Shown here: positions 47,769-63,700 of the stretch, piece after piece | Layout of the letters: each line of letters opens with the position of its first letter | How positions within the stretch are numbered: position 1 is the first letter of the stretch | NCBI GenBank assembly: GCA_950097015.1 | Contig: CATNEN010000001.1 | Span: 24,614,001 to 24,678,000, forward strand | DNA length: 64,000 bases | Reading direction: 5' to 3' | Source: Macrostomum hystrix | Lineage: Eukaryota > Animalia > Platyhelminthes | Notes under the pieces: model-generated | The model's input: the letters and a program-made list of their open reading frames with translations, nothing else | Databases searched by the model: none | Told to the model about the DNA's origin: nothing | Program-made: the position numbers and the translations under genes

Positions 47769-50700
47769 TTAGGTCGAAGTGCAGTCCGGAAAAATTGCCA
47801 ACGAGGAGCGAAGCGAGCGAAGCGAGCGTAGCTCCTCGTTGGCAATTTTTCCGGACAAACGAGACCGATATAAGATTGCCCGGAGACTCCCCCAACGTAA
47901 AATCAACGTTTTAGAAAATAAAATTGATGCACAATTAAAACCACTTGAGATGAAACCATGTGTGACCCCTCTATGGACGTAAAACATTTAGGGCTACAAG
48001 ATGAGTGACGTGAAAGTTCCATAGCAACGCGTCTTGGTTGCCATGGCAACAAAAAAGTGACTTTTTTTAGACCCATCGAAATCTTGAATCTTAAAAAATA
48101 AGGATTCACAATATGGAGTCAAAAATTGATTGAACCCAACTTTTGGCGAATTTTTAGACCTTCAAGACACTGATTGGTTATTTTCCGCTAAATGCTTACC
48201 TTGATAGGTAATTCTGTAAAAGTGTGTTTTTTAAGTGTCAAAAAATGCACATTTTTTTTAACTTTCAACTGACGCAGCTCAAAGGTCGCGCGTCAGCGCG
48301 ACCTTTGAGCTGCGTCATTCTAACGATGGCACCTGGGACTCTTACATGACGCACGACTTTAACCAAGATACTCACTTTAACTGTACATTCGCACCTGTTA
48401 ATTACATTCGAATATTCGACGGGTAGGTATTCGAACCGAAATAAAGGAAATTCAACCTTGTTGCGAGGTTCTAAAAAGTACATGAATGCGGTCATTTAGG
48501 TAAGATCTACATGTTTATAATACATTTTGAGCCGTTTCGTTCCACTGACTCTGAGCCATACACTGCTAAAGTCGATAAACGTGATTTAGGCTATTTTTAT
48601 GCATTTTTCATGATACAAATGTACAAAAAATAAGCAACGACGACATGCTAGGAAAATCAGACTTTTTAGGCAAGGTGCACAACTAAATTTCGCACAATTT
48701 GTATATCTTGAAATTTCGTCTTAGTTTATTGAAGTCGCTGCCGGTACAGAAATGTACTTTAACGACGGTACGGGGGGCTTGCATATCGAACATACTTTTT
48801 AGCCTGTAACTTTTGAACGGATTACCGGAGCGCGACGCACTTGGTGTCATTGAACTACATTTTAGATGTACTTTAATTTGAATGTATGTTCGCTGTCATT
48901 GCACGATGCGTTGTACACCTCAGGACAGGTCACGTGACTTGCTGGAAATGAAATAATGACTTTGTACCTATACTAAGGATAGGTGAAGCGTAAGAATGAG
49001 CCAAAATTTGTACTTATTAGAAACACCTAGATGACTACTGTCAGAAAAAATGATATTCACGTCTGTCAGTTGCAAAATTTTGTTATAATTGACTTTTAAA
49101 ATCGAAAAACGTGATTTTGTGCAAAAACAACCCATATGAGCACACATAGGGTGAAAAATTTATTGATTTTCGCTATGAGGTTCTTAGCTTCCAAGAGCAC
49201 TATTGTGCCCAGTAAACACGTACAGATGACTGCTATCTTCGTTAGTGTGCGAAAATTCGTATTTTTACGCTAATAACATTTACCGAATTACGAGGTTCCG
49301 GTGTTATGCGTTTTTTTGCTATATTTCACGCTGCCATTTATTAACGATGCTACGCCAGGCCTTCAGTGTGGTGTCAATAGTTAGCATTTAAAAAGTGCTT
49401 TAATTTGAGTGTATGTTCGCTGGCATTGCACGATGCGTTGTACACCTCAGGCCAGGTCACGTGACTTGCTGGAAATGAAATAATGACTTTGTACCTATAC
49501 TAAGGATAGGTGAAGCATAAGAATGACCCATATTAGTACTTATTAGAAACATCTAGATGACTACTCTCAGAAAAAGTGACATTCACGTCTGTCAGTTGCA
49601 AAAAAAATTTTAATTGACTCTCAAAATCGGAAAACGTGATTTTGTGCAAAAACAACCCATTTGAGCACTACATAGGGCGGAAAATATATTAATTTTCGCT
49701 ATGAGGTTCTTAGCTTCCAAGAGCACTATTGTGCCCAGTAAACACGTACAGATGACTGCCATCTTCGTTAGTGTGCGAAAATTCGTATTTTGACGCTATT
49801 AACATTTTACCGAATTACGAGGTTCCGGTACTATGCGTTTTTGCTATATTTCACGCTGCCATTTATTAACGATGCTATGCCAGGCCTTCAGTGTGGTGTC
49901 AATAAATAGCATTTAGCAAGTGCTTTAAGATGACATCATGCGCATTGCGTTGCGTAAAAGTGTGGGTCCACAGTTTCGTAACAAGTTAAAATGACCTGAT
50001 TTCGCAAAAATCTTTAAAAGAAAAAATACCAAATAGATAACTAAAAAGCCTTTTGAAACTGAATAAAAAATGCATATAAAAGTGCTATTTTGTAACGTAA
50101 AAAGTCTTGCGTCCTGCAAAAATCTTCTATGGTGACTTTTTGGAGCCGTGAAGTGTAAAAACGTGCGCATTTTTAAAGCTGCTGAACTTACTTTTTGAGG
50201 TATATTTTGAAAATAAGCATTTTATAAATTGTATAACAAAATTTAATTGAAGAAAGAAATAAGTTGCTTCAAAATCTGAATTAAAATAATTTTTAAATAA
50301 TCAAATTGTACATTTCAGTCGTTCTGTTTCATATGGTTTCTACACGAAAATAAAATTCAAATCGGCTATGTTAACATAGCATTCGAAATTTTTGTCGTAC
50401 GGCAAATTTGACATAAAAATTTCAAAGCAACTTAACCAAGCAATCACTATCTAAATCTGAATTTTTTTCAAGCCTTTAATCTGTAGCTATTATATTCGCT
50501 TTTTACTCTATATATTAGTATCCTACTACCTTATAAATACTTGTTTTACAATATATTGTGTTGTAGGGCTATTTACTAAAATCTCACAGCCGTCACCAGT
50601 TGTCGTAAAGCCCTTCTCTTTATTTTTATTCTTTATAAATTACTTATATTTATCCACTGCAAAAATGCTTATTTAAATGTCAACTTTCGTTATGTTTTAA

Positions 50701-53700
50701 AAATTTCCCTATTTATAGGGAAGTATAGGCCTAACACTTTAATATAAATTCAATTACTGTGGTAGCAAATCATAAGTGCCCGAGTGGTAAGACACTTACT
50801 TTTAACTGTATAGAATTATTCTTTTAATACTTATTGATCACACCCAGTCTTTAAAGGCTCCAACTGATTGGAGGGTACCAGACAAACACAACATATTTAT
50901 TTCTATCCAAAACTGGCCTTTTGCTATCGTCTCGATAATAAACTGCCCTCCAATACGTTTTATGTATTCCCATTGTTATTTCCTCTTTATAACAATTTTT
51001 ATTCAAAGAACACATGCATTCAGCAAATCTTATTCTTGAACTTGGGTTAAGCTCCCAAAAGTTAGTTTTTCTCCCTACAGCGCGCATATATTTATAGCAA
51101 AAATTGGGGGTGGGTATGCATATTTAAACAAAAATTAAAGTGTAGTTAAACAACGGTGAACAACGGTAAAAATATATATTAAATTGGAAATCAGAATGAT
51201 AAAATTCCTAGCCAAGTTTTCTAAGAAAGCCATAATAAGTGCTACTAATTATTAGTACTTACTCCAGTAGAAGAAATATCTGTCCTGACTCCTCACCGTT
51301 AATTAAACAAACCCGGTAGTTAGTCCTCGCCGGTCGTCTACGCCGGTTCGTCATATTGCATGACGGTTAGCAACACGCATATAAATAGCATTCGATTCGA
51401 GAAATATTCGAACAATCGACAGTTTCGGAATCGCCATCGAATGACCGCACAGCAAGTTCTGCTGGAGATAGGCCTAAGCAAAGCTAGGAAATGGTAGCGT
51501 AGTACGCGTAGCTAGAACATCGGTAGACACTGGCATCAGCCATTCTTTTGCATCGCTGTAAGCGAGAAAACATCCAAAGCCGAGACCAACCAGTCGTACT
51601 AAGTTTGTCTTTGGCTCTTGACTCGGTTGATCAGGAGACCAGAGCAGATTCAGATTGTTGCAAGTAAGTCCCATCAAATACACGGACTCTTTGTTCATCA
51701 CGACCAGTCGGCGACTGACCACTGCGATGTCGACAACATTTTCTACTGGAATCTGAGAGTGCTCTTGAACTTCCAGTGTCTCCGAAGACAGGCACAAAAG
51801 TTTTGAGTTGCTACCGAGAATGAATATTTTGCTGGCACAGCCCGTTACTCACAAAGGGTGCTCAAATTGGAGTAAGCACACAGTGTGGAGCACTGAGCCA
51901 GCCAAATCTGTCACCACTAGGTTTGAATCAAAAAACAACAAATAGAACTGCTGTTGTTTGTCGCTACAGTAACAAGACATCAGGTCAGATAGGTGTGACA
52001 CTTCCCATTTGGCGATGTGGAGAGGCTCTCCGCTTGTAAATATATAAATATTTGTAGAAATTGATTTATTAGGCCTAGTCTAAATGTGTGCTAATTAGAC
52101 AATAAAAACAATTGAAGTATGTAGCTAAATATTTTGAAAAGCCTACTCCTAACATTTACCAAACTAGTGTTTAGCATTAAGAAAGTATATTTGCCTGTTT
52201 AAATTGCACTTTTTGTTGTTGTGATTTGGAATCACATTTAAACAACAATTATAACACAGCTGTTTTAATAACAAAATGAATAATAAATAATACACAAATG
52301 AAGAAAAAAAATTTAAACAATCCATTTTAGATTTAAAACTATAAATGATTATAATGTTAAAGTTAGAAGCATTATATTTCTATAGGGCCTATGCTTTGTT
52401 TTTATAATAATAATTGTTGTACTCGCGACTTCCCAGAGGGACGCCCCTAGGAGGGTCAGAGTACGCGGGCCCGTGCTGGCCTGCGTCAGGGCGCGAGTGT
52501 CCGCACGGGACCCTAAGTCTGGGGCGTCAGGACGCACCCAAGTGGCCGGCACACGCGTCGGGACGCTGTGATGTTGATCACCCTTCAGTGGGGCGTCAGG
52601 GCGCACAAGCTGGCGTCTGAGTACAGCGGGCGTACAGTACAGGGTGACCCCTGGCTGGCAACCTGGTCTAGTCCCCCTCCTTAGTCGGCGTCAGGACACA
52701 CGGACGGTCCCCACTACAGCCCCCGAAATGAAGGAGACAAGGCAGCGACTTACTTCTGGTTCACTCGCACTCGTGCGTGTAGTCAACTTCGTGCAGCGGA
52801 CTTCTGATTGCGGCTGGCAGACTGGGTGGTCGATATTTATTAGTTATTATTTGTGCGTGGGGGACGGGTTATGGAAACAGTAGTCAGGCGTTGTAGAGCG
52901 TGAACACGCGCACGGGGCAGCCACCCGCCCCCGGCCGCGCCTTTATAGGACACGGCTCACCAAGGGCCGGGGCCCCCCCCCGCCCCACCCCCACCCACCA
53001 CCCCGGCCCAGCCACCCACCGGCCAATCACGGCGCAGCTGGGGGAGGGGCAGCCTGGGGCGAGGACCAAAAAGGGCGGCCCAGCCAACCAGCGCGCAGCC
53101 AACACAATGGCGGCTAAGCGGCTTACACCACTGAGCCTTTAACGCCAAAACAACAATGCCAAAAACAACTGCGAGTGCACTTGTTGCGCGGGGGGGCGAG
53201 TGCACTTGAGCAGTGCAAGCGCACGTGCACAACATAATATAGACAATATGATATTTAAGCTAACTATCTTTGTTTGTTCCTTTTTAAACAGCTATAGCAG
53301 TGTAATATGACAATATAATATGGTGCCTAGAAAATGTAGTGTCCTAGTTGTGCCACTATCAGTAGGCCTAGGCCTATTTGATATCATTGGATGAGATGCC
53401 TAAGCAACAAGATAAGCAAAGGCACATTAGCAGATTTGTTATTGACAAAGTTAATAGGACTAGGTGTACAGGTGGATAGTAGCATGGCCAATATAGCATT
53501 GGGGCCTAGTCAGTAAAATTAGTAAAATTTTACACCACTTCACACCTCTTCAGATGCAATGCCAGGCCTACGGAGATCACGTTAGAAAACCTCTGGACTG
53601 ATCCTGTTAAGGCCGCCACCTTCCTGAGACTACCGACGAGCGAGGTAGAGTGTGAGCGTCCCGAACTAGCCTAAAGGAAGGCTACAACATACAACACATT

Positions 53701-54656
53701 GCTAATCCGGGCTGCATCTCGCTGCTTTTATATATTTTTTGTTAATTAAAAGTAAAGTACTTGTCTTCGTTCCTCGAACCCAGTTTCTGTTTAAGGCAGT
53801 GTTTTCACAGTGTACTCTTTGAGCACTCTTAAGTACTCGTACTCTGGTACTCTTTAAGGGCGTAGCAATAGAGTACTCTGGTATTCATTTAAAGTGCGTA
53901 CTTTGAAGTGGGCGAGTACTTTTTAAAGTGCAACGCATTTCAGTCTGTCATCATCAATCCTAATTTTGTACTATATGAAAGTGTCAATAATCGCTGGTAC
54001 ATTAGTACATTCTCGCAACGTAAAATTAGTAGATTTATTATATGCATTTTAAAGATACGTTGCTTAGTAAATAACAGATATGTTATCAGTCCCATTAATT
54101 ATACCCTACGTACAGAAGTAACACAACATAATATATATGGTAACGTGGCTTGATGGCACTGCTAATGTGTGTGTCTGCCCATTCGTGTTGTTGCATGTAC
54201 AAAACAAGTGCTGTTTGGATAAATCTTTCCTTTAATTATGTTTTACGTTTTTTGACAGATGGGCATAGATAGATAGGTAGATAGATCTCATACTGTCTCT
54301 CTCACTCTCCGATTCTCCGCGCTCCCTCCCGCTGTTTTAATTTTGTTTATTTTGTTCCCTAATAAAAACATAAATTCACCCTCTCCCTCCATATGTGGGT
54401 CCCACATTCGGCTGTCAGTCAGTCAAGGAGATATTAGCGCTCATCAAGATTTTGATACAGGAGTCAATGATGCAGTAGTCTGCTCTATTAAAGTGCTTCA
54501 GTGAGTATCCTCAGTACAAAGGCCGCTAAGTTTTGGAATATTTATTAAGTTTTTTGTTCATTTTATTGGGTGACATGATCAGAAGTAAAAAATAATTTCG
54601 AAATATTGAGCAATTAATGCACTTCGACCTGCTAAGGTGGCACACCTTCAATCTAG
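47769..54656 (+). mobile_element. Helentron-like element, copy D (6888 bp)
   Basis: Same termini and internal sequence as copies A and C. Confidence 0.85.
52415..53234 (-). mobile_element. Solo LTR inside copy D
   Basis: Same sequence as in copies A and C. Confidence 0.78.
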
Positions 54657-57600
54657 TTGGGAATGCAAACGGATATCGAGTGGTGCTATCCACAATAGTT
54701 AGGACATACTTGTGCCCTCTTTTGCTCTCCTTGGATAGTGGTCCTATAAAATCGACATGCAGGCGGTGAAAAGGTTCACTTATAGGGAACGATTGCACTG
54801 GCGCCTGAATCGGGTTTCCTCTCTTGCTTTCCAGGCACGGAATACACTCTGCGATATGAGCTTCCACTGCTTTGACCAATCCTGGTCTCCAAAATCTCTG
54901 CCTGACACGTTGAATTGTTTTATCGCGTCCCAAATGTCCTGCTAGGGGGCTATCATGAAGATCGCTGAGAACTAGCTTATCCAAGGACTGGGGCAGTACA
55001 ACTTTCCAACTGTCATCTTCGCTAATGATTAGCATCTCATTCTCTACCTTCATATCCTCAAAGAATTTCCTCATCTTCTTCAATTCTGGGCTGACAATTT
55101 CAGGTAACTGGGGATTGTTCTCTCCTGATTTCTTCCATTCAATTAGCACTTTAATTACTGGGTCATCTCTTTGTGACGCAATAATTTGCTCTCGTTTCAA
55201 TGGGCTGGGTAAGAAATCGGTCAATAACTTCTCGCACTTGCTACTTGTTGCTTGCAGCATATCCTCACTCTCAATAGGATTAAATTCTTCAGGAACTGGA
55301 CTCGGAAGCGGAATGCTGGAGTCATGTTCAAGTTCACTGGGAATTCTCACCTCTCCTTGTCCTGAGATAGTAGACTGGATCCTGCTATTGGGATCTAACG
55401 TCTTTTTCTCTCCTTCACTTAGGGCAGTCTGGGGCTGTGTCAAGCTATATAAGCTATCATTAGCCTTGACTTCCTGTCCTGACTCTTCCATTACACTGCA
55501 GCTTTGCACTATCGGCTCAATAACTTGCTCTGCTTCAGGGACATCAGCTGGTCTTCTTGACAGACTGTCAGCGTTCTGGTTCTTTGCACCGCTTCTGTGT
55601 TCTATATCGAACGAGAATTCGTTTAGGCGCTCGACCCACCGACCAAGAATTCCTTGAGCTTCTGTTTGCCTTAACAGCCAAATTATCGCCTTATGATCCG
55701 TTCTTGCCAAAAACTTCTTGCCTAACAGGTAGAAACGGAAATGCCTCATGGCATCCACTAGGGCTAAGAGTTCTTTTCTAGTGATAGGGTAGCGTTTTTC
55801 CGACTCTTTCATAGCTCGGCTGAAATAAGCTATAGGTCTCTCTATGCCATCTGATTGGATCTGGCTAAGTACAGCGCCAATACGGCTATCACTTGCATCG
55901 GTATCCAATACCATCTTCACCTTCTCGTCATCCACAAATTCGGGATACGCTAAGACTTCAGTGGACATCATCCGGTTCTTTAGCGACTCAAACGCTTCGT
56001 CATGCTCCTTGCTCCATCTCTCTTGAAAGTTCTTAATTCCTTTCCTTGTTAGCTGGAAAAGGGGATGGGCAGCTTCTGCATAATTTTTAATGAAGCGGCT
56101 ATAGTAATTACATAGGCCAAGGAAACTGCGTAGCTCCTTCACATCTTTTGGCTTCGGCCAGGTCTTGATTGCTTCAATCTTCGTCTCATCCGTACGGATA
56201 CCTTCTGTACTGATCACATGTCCTAAGTACTTTAACTCTCTATGAAAAAGGTTACATTTCTTTGGCCTTAGCTTCAATCCTGCGATTATTAATCTCTTGA
56301 ACACTTCCTTTAGATGGGAAAGGTGGTCATTAAAGTTCTTCGAATAGGTAACTATGTCGTCTATATACGACATAGCAAATTGATGTTGAATCCCTAAAAG
56401 TACAAGATTCATGAGCCTCTGGAAGGTTCCTGGGGCATTGGACAAACCTTGCGCCATAACCTGGGGCATTGGACAAACCTTGCGCCATAACCTCATACTC
56501 AAACTGGCCTCGGGTTAAAGTAGAGAAGGCGGTCATGAACTTGTGTTCTTCCTTTATCGGCACCTGCCAATAACCAGAATTCAAATCGAGACTACTAAAG
56601 TACTGACTACCAGATAAATAGGTGAAAGTCTGATGAATGTTAGGAAGCGGATACGGAACATAGTTCACCTTCGAGTTTAACACTCTGAAATCACTTACAA
56701 TCCGTATGGATCCGTCCTTTTTCGGCACAATGACTAGTGGTGTAGAATAAGTTGAATAACTGGGCCTGATTAAATTTTTAGCCAACATGTCATCCAACTG
56801 TGTGTCGACTTGCTTTTGGAGATGGGGTGGTATTCTCCTAGTTGGGATCCTCACGGGAGTCTCATCCTTCAGTGAGATCTCATGTGTGATCAGATGGGTT
56901 AAACCCATATCCAACTCATTCTGTGAAAAAGCCTCGCGATGCTCCTTCATCAATTCGATGACTGATTTCCTCTGGTCATCGGTAAGATCTTGACAAATAT
57001 TAACTTCATTAATCCAGGCATCTTCCACAGTTTGTGTCTGGTTGACTCGTCCGGTAGGTTGACTGACTATTTCCTTTTCGGCTTCGAAATATTTCAACTC
57101 ATTTGCCTTCACTGGTTTGGCTAGGCCTACCAATGTTGACTTCGACAGCTTCACCTCAACTGGATTGTTATTCACAATCTCCACAATGGCGGAACCTTCT
57201 CGCATTGTGACTAGAGTGGGAGCCATCTCGACTGTCAATTCTTTGGCTTTTACGCCTTCGCCAATCATACTCACTGTCATAGGTGTTCCAAAATTGCACT
57301 CGGCATCTCTCGCCAATCTCACTGGGATTCTCAACGCACTATTTGCAGGAATCACTACTTTCTCCTGAGTATACACTCTGCATACTTTTACAGGTAGATG
57401 AGTGAACTGCATAGGAATGCTTGCTCCTTCATTTAGAATCAACATGCCTTTAGCAAGATGAATGCTATCACAATGTCCTAGGAAAAATTCCATTCCTAAG
57501 ATATTGTCGCTCTCATGTCCACACAAAAGGAATTCTATTTCTATCTGAATGTCTCCGAATCTAACTGGAATACAACTCTCGCCTTCCAATTGTACTCTGG

Positions 57601-57784
57601 TTCCGTCGAAAGTAGAGACTCGCTTGTCTGTACTTCTTATCTGTTCTGGCTTAAGTAATTTTGACCAAATAGATTTGCTCAAAAAGCTGTTCCTAGCCCC
57701 TGTGTCTAGGATAAAATTAATTTCCTGATTCTTAAATTTTCCTACAATTACAGCTTCAAATCCTTCAGGTTTAATAAGTTCTAG
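54657..57784 (-). pseudogene. pol: Duplicate of the Gypsy pol fragment 44641-47768
   Basis: Identical ORF translations offset by 10,016 bp, including the 31-bp duplication. Confidence 0.93.
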
Positions 57785-60700
57785 TTAGGTCGAAGTGCAG
57801 TCCGGAAAAATTGCCAACGAGGAGCGAAGCGAGCGAAGCGAGCGTAGCTCCTCGTTGGCAATTTTTCCGGACAAACGAGACCGATATAAGATTGCCCGGA
57901 GACTCCCCCAACGTAAAATCAACGTTTTAGAAAATAAAATTGATGCACAATTAAAACCACTTGAGATGAAACCATGTGTGACCCCTCTATGGACGTAAAA
58001 CATTTAGGGCTACAAGATGAGTGACGTGAAAGTTCCATAGCAACGCGTCTTGGTTGCCATGGCAACAAAAAAGTGACTTTTTTTAGACCCATCGAAATCT
58101 TGAATCTTAAAAAATAAGGATTCACAATATGGAGTCAAAAATTGATTGAACCCAACTTTTGGCGAATTTTTAGACCTTCAAGACACTGATTGGTTATTTT
58201 CCGCTAAATGCTTACCTTGATAGGTAATTCTGTAAAAGTGTGTTTTTTAAGTGTCAAAAAATGCACATTTTTTTTAACTTTCAACTGACGCAGCTCAAAG
58301 GTCGCGCGTCAGCGCGACCTTTGAGCTGCGTCATTCTAACGATGGCACCTGGGACTCTTACATGACGCACGACTTTAACCAAGATACTCACTTTAACTGT
58401 ACATTCGCACCTGTTAATTACATTCGAATATTCGACGGGTAGGTATTCGAACCGAAATAAAGGAAATTCAACCTTGTTGCGAGGTTCTAAAAAGTACATG
58501 AATGCGGTCATTTAGGTAAGATCTACATGTTTATAATACATTTTGAGCCGTTTCGTTCCACTGACTCTGAGCCATACACTGCTAAAGTCGATAAACGTGA
58601 TTTAGGCTATTTTTATGCATTTTTCATGATACAAATGTACAAAAAATAAGCAACGACGACATGCTAGGAAAATCAGACTTTTTAGGCAAGGTGCACAACT
58701 AAATTTCGCACAATTTGTATATCTTGAAATTTCGTCTTAGTTTATTGAAGTCGCTGCCGGTACAGAAATGTACTTTAACGACGGTACGGGGGGCTTGCAT
58801 ATCGAACATACTTTTTAGCCTGTAACTTTTGAACGGATTACCGGAGCGCGACGCACTTGGTGTCATTGAACTACATTTTAGATGTACTTTAATTTGAATG
58901 TATGTTCGCTGTCATTGCACGATGCGTTGTACACCTCAGGACAGGTCACGTGACTTGCTGGAAATGAAATAATGACTTTGTACCTATACTAAGGATAGGT
59001 GAAGCGTAAGAATGAGCCAAAATTTGTACTTATTAGAAACACCTAGATGACTACTGTCAGAAAAAATGATATTCACGTCTGTCAGTTGCAAAATTTTGTT
59101 ATAATTGACTTTTAAAATCGAAAAACGTGATTTTGTGCAAAAACAACCCATATGAGCACACATAGGGTGAAAAATTTATTGATTTTCGCTATGAGGTTCT
59201 TAGCTTCCAAGAGCACTATTGTGCCCAGTAAACACGTACAGATGACTGCTATCTTCGTTAGTGTGCGAAAATTCGTATTTTTACGCTAATAACATTTACC
59301 GAATTACGAGGTTCCGGTGTTATGCGTTTTTTTGCTATATTTCACGCTGCCATTTATTAACGATGCTACGCCAGGCCTTCAGTGTGGTGTCAATAGTTAG
59401 CATTTAAAAAGTGCTTTAATTTGAGTGTATGTTCGCTGGCATTGCACGATGCGTTGTACACCTCAGGCCAGGTCACGTGACTTGCTGGAAATGAAATAAT
59501 GACTTTGTACCTATACTAAGGATAGGTGAAGCATAAGAATGACCCATATTAGTACTTATTAGAAACATCTAGATGACTACTCTCAGAAAAAGTGACATTC
59601 ACGTCTGTCAGTTGCAAAAAAAATTTTAATTGACTCTCAAAATCGGAAAACGTGATTTTGTGCAAAAACAACCCATTTGAGCACTACATAGGGCGGAAAA
59701 TATATTAATTTTCGCTATGAGGTTCTTAGCTTCCAAGAGCACTATTGTGCCCAGTAAACACGTACAGATGACTGCCATCTTCGTTAGTGTGCGAAAATTC
59801 GTATTTTGACGCTATTAACATTTTACCGAATTACGAGGTTCCGGTACTATGCGTTTTTGCTATATTTCACGCTGCCATTTATTAACGATGCTATGCCAGG
59901 CCTTCAGTGTGGTGTCAATAAATAGCATTTAGCAAGTGCTTTAAGATGACATCATGCGCATTGCGTTGCGTAAAAGTGTGGGTCCACAGTTTCGTAACAA
60001 GTTAAAATGACCTGATTTCGCAAAAATCTTTAAAAGAAAAAATACCAAATAGATAACTAAAAAGCCTTTTGAAACTGAATAAAAAATGCATATAAAAGTG
60101 CTATTTTGTAACGTAAAAAGTCTTGCGTCCTGCAAAAATCTTCTATGGTGACTTTTTGGAGCCGTGAAGTGTAAAAACGTGCGCATTTTTAAAGCTGCTG
60201 AACTTACTTTTTGAGGTATATTTTGAAAATAAGCATTTTATAAATTGTATAACAAAATTTAATTGAAGAAAGAAATAAGTTGCTTCAAAATCTGAATTAA
60301 AATAATTTTTAAATAATCAAATTGTACATTTCAGTCGTTCTGTTTCATATGGTTTCTACACGAAAATAAAATTCAAATCGGCTATGTTAACATAGCATTC
60401 GAAATTTTTGTCGTACGGCAAATTTGACATAAAAATTTCAAAGCAACTTAACCAAGCAATCACTATCTAAATCTGAATTTTTTTCAAGCCTTTAATCTGT
60501 AGCTATTATATTCGCTTTTTACTCTATATATTAGTATCCTACTACCTTATAAATACTTGTTTTACAATATATTGTGTTGTAGGGCTATTTACTAAAATCT
60601 CACAGCCGTCACCAGTTGTCGTAAAGCCCTTCTCTTTATTTTTATTCTTTATAAATTACTTATATTTATCCACTGCAAAAATGCTTATTTAAATGTCAAC

Positions 60701-63700
60701 TTTCGTTATGTTTTAAAAATTTCCCTATTTATAGGGAAGTATAGGCCTAACACTTTAATATAAATTCAATTACTGTGGTAGCAAATCATAAGTGCCCGAG
60801 TGGTAAGACACTTACTTTTAACTGTATAGAATTATTCTTTTAATACTTATTGATCACACCCAGTCTTTAAAGGCTCCAACTGATTGGAGGGTACCAGACA
60901 AACACAACATATTTATTTCTATCCAAAACTGGCCTTTTGCTATCGTCTCGATAATAAACTGCCCTCCAATACGTTTTATGTATTCCCATTGTTATTTCCT
61001 CTTTATAACAATTTTTATTCAAAGAACACATGCATTCAGCAAATCTTATTCTTGAACTTGGGTTAAGCTCCCAAAAGTTAGTTTTTCTCCCTACAGCGCG
61101 CATATATTTATAGCAAAAATTGGGGGTGGGTATGCATATTTAAACAAAAATTAAAGTGTAGTTAAACAACGGTGAACAACGGTAAAAATATATATTAAAT
61201 TGGAAATCAGAATGATAAAATTCCTAGCCAAGTTTTCTAAGAAAGCCATAATAAGTGCTACTAATTATTAGTACTTACTCCAGTAGAAGAAATATCTGTC
61301 CTGACTCCTCACCGTTAATTAAACAAACCCGGTAGTTAGTCCTCGCCGGTCGTCTACGCCGGTTCGTCATATTGCATGACGGTTAGCAACACGCATATAA
61401 ATAGCATTCGATTCGAGAAATATTCGAACAATCGACAGTTTCGGAATCGCCATCGAATGACCGCACAGCAAGTTCTGCTGGAGATAGGCCTAAGCAAAGC
61501 TAGGAAATGGTAGCGTAGTACGCGTAGCTAGAACATCGGTAGACACTGGCATCAGCCATTCTTTTGCATCGCTGTAAGCGAGAAAACATCCAAAGCCGAG
61601 ACCAACCAGTCGTACTAAGTTTGTCTTTGGCTCTTGACTCGGTTGATCAGGAGACCAGAGCAGATTCAGATTGTTGCAAGTAAGTCCCATCAAATACACG
61701 GACTCTTTGTTCATCACGACCAGTCGGCGACTGACCACTGCGATGTCGACAACATTTTCTACTGGAATCTGAGAGTGCTCTTGAACTTCCAGTGTCTCCG
61801 AAGACAGGCACAAAAGTTTTGAGTTGCTACCGAGAATGAATATTTTGCTGGCACAGCCCGTTACTCACAAAGGGTGCTCAAATTGGAGTAAGCACACAGT
61901 GTGGAGCACTGAGCCAGCCAAATCTGTCACCACTAGGTTTGAATCAAAAAACAACAAATAGAACTGCTGTTGTTTGTCGCTACAGTAACAAGACATCAGG
62001 TCAGATAGGTGTGACACTTCCCATTTGGCGATGTGGAGAGGCTCTCCGCTTGTAAATATATAAATATTTGTAGAAATTGATTTATTAGGCCTAGTCTAAA
62101 TGTGTGCTAATTAGACAATAAAAACAATTGAAGTATGTAGCTAAATATTTTGAAAAGCCTACTCCTAACATTTACCAAACTAGTGTTTAGCATTAAGAAA
62201 GTATATTTGCCTGTTTAAATTGCACTTTTTGTTGTTGTGATTTGGAATCACATTTAAACAACAATTATAACACAGCTGTTTTAATAACAAAATGAATAAT
62301 AAATAATACACAAATGAAGAAAAAAAATTTAAACAATCCATTTTAGATTTAAAACTATAAATGATTATAATGTTAAAGTTAGAAGCATTATATTTCTATA
62401 GGGCCTATGCTTTGTTTTTATAATAATAATTGTTGTACTCGCGACTTCCCAGAGGGACGCCCCTAGGAGGGTCAGAGTACGCGGGCCCGTGCTGGCCTGC
62501 GTCAGGGCGCGAGTGTCCGCACGGGACCCTAAGTCTGGGGCGTCAGGACGCACCCAAGTGGCCGGCACACGCGTCGGGACGCTGTGATGTTGATCACCCT
62601 TCAGTGGGGCGTCAGGGCGCACAAGCTGGCGTCTGAGTACAGCGGGCGTACAGTACAGGGTGACCCCTGGCTGGCAACCTGGTCTAGTCCCCCTCCTTAG
62701 TCGGCGTCAGGACACACGGACGGTCCCCACTACAGCCCCCGAAATGAAGGAGACAAGGCAGCGACTTACTTCTGGTTCACTCGCACTCGTGCGTGTAGTC
62801 AACTTCGTGCAGCGGACTTCTGATTGCGGCTGGCAGACTGGGTGGTCGATATTTATTAGTTATTATTTGTGCGTGGGGGACGGGTTATGGAAACAGTAGT
62901 CAGGCGTTGTAGAGCGTGAACACGCGCACGGGGCAGCCACCCGCCCCCGGCCGCGCCTTTATAGGACACGGCTCACCAAGGGCCGGGGCCCCCCCCCGCC
63001 CCACCCCCACCCACCACCCCGGCCCAGCCACCCACCGGCCAATCACGGCGCAGCTGGGGGAGGGGCAGCCTGGGGCGAGGACCAAAAAGGGCGGCCCAGC
63101 CAACCAGCGCGCAGCCAACACAATGGCGGCTAAGCGGCTTACACCACTGAGCCTTTAACGCCAAAACAACAATGCCAAAAACAACTGCGAGTGCACTTGT
63201 TGCGCGGGGGGGCGAGTGCACTTGAGCAGTGCAAGCGCACGTGCACAACATAATATAGACAATATGATATTTAAGCTAACTATCTTTGTTTGTTCCTTTT
63301 TAAACAGCTATAGCAGTGTAATATGACAATATAATATGGTGCCTAGAAAATGTAGTGTCCTAGTTGTGCCACTATCAGTAGGCCTAGGCCTATTTGATAT
63401 CATTGGATGAGATGCCTAAGCAACAAGATAAGCAAAGGCACATTAGCAGATTTGTTATTGACAAAGTTAATAGGACTAGGTGTACAGGTGGATAGTAGCA
63501 TGGCCAATATAGCATTGGGGCCTAGTCAGTAAAATTAGTAAAATTTTACACCACTTCACACCTCTTCAGATGCAATGCCAGGCCTACGGAGATCACGTTA
63601 GAAAACCTCTGGACTGATCCTGTTAAGGCCGCCACCTTCCTGAGACTACCGACGAGCGAGGTAGAGTGTGAGCGTCCCGAACTAGCCTAAAGGAAGGCTA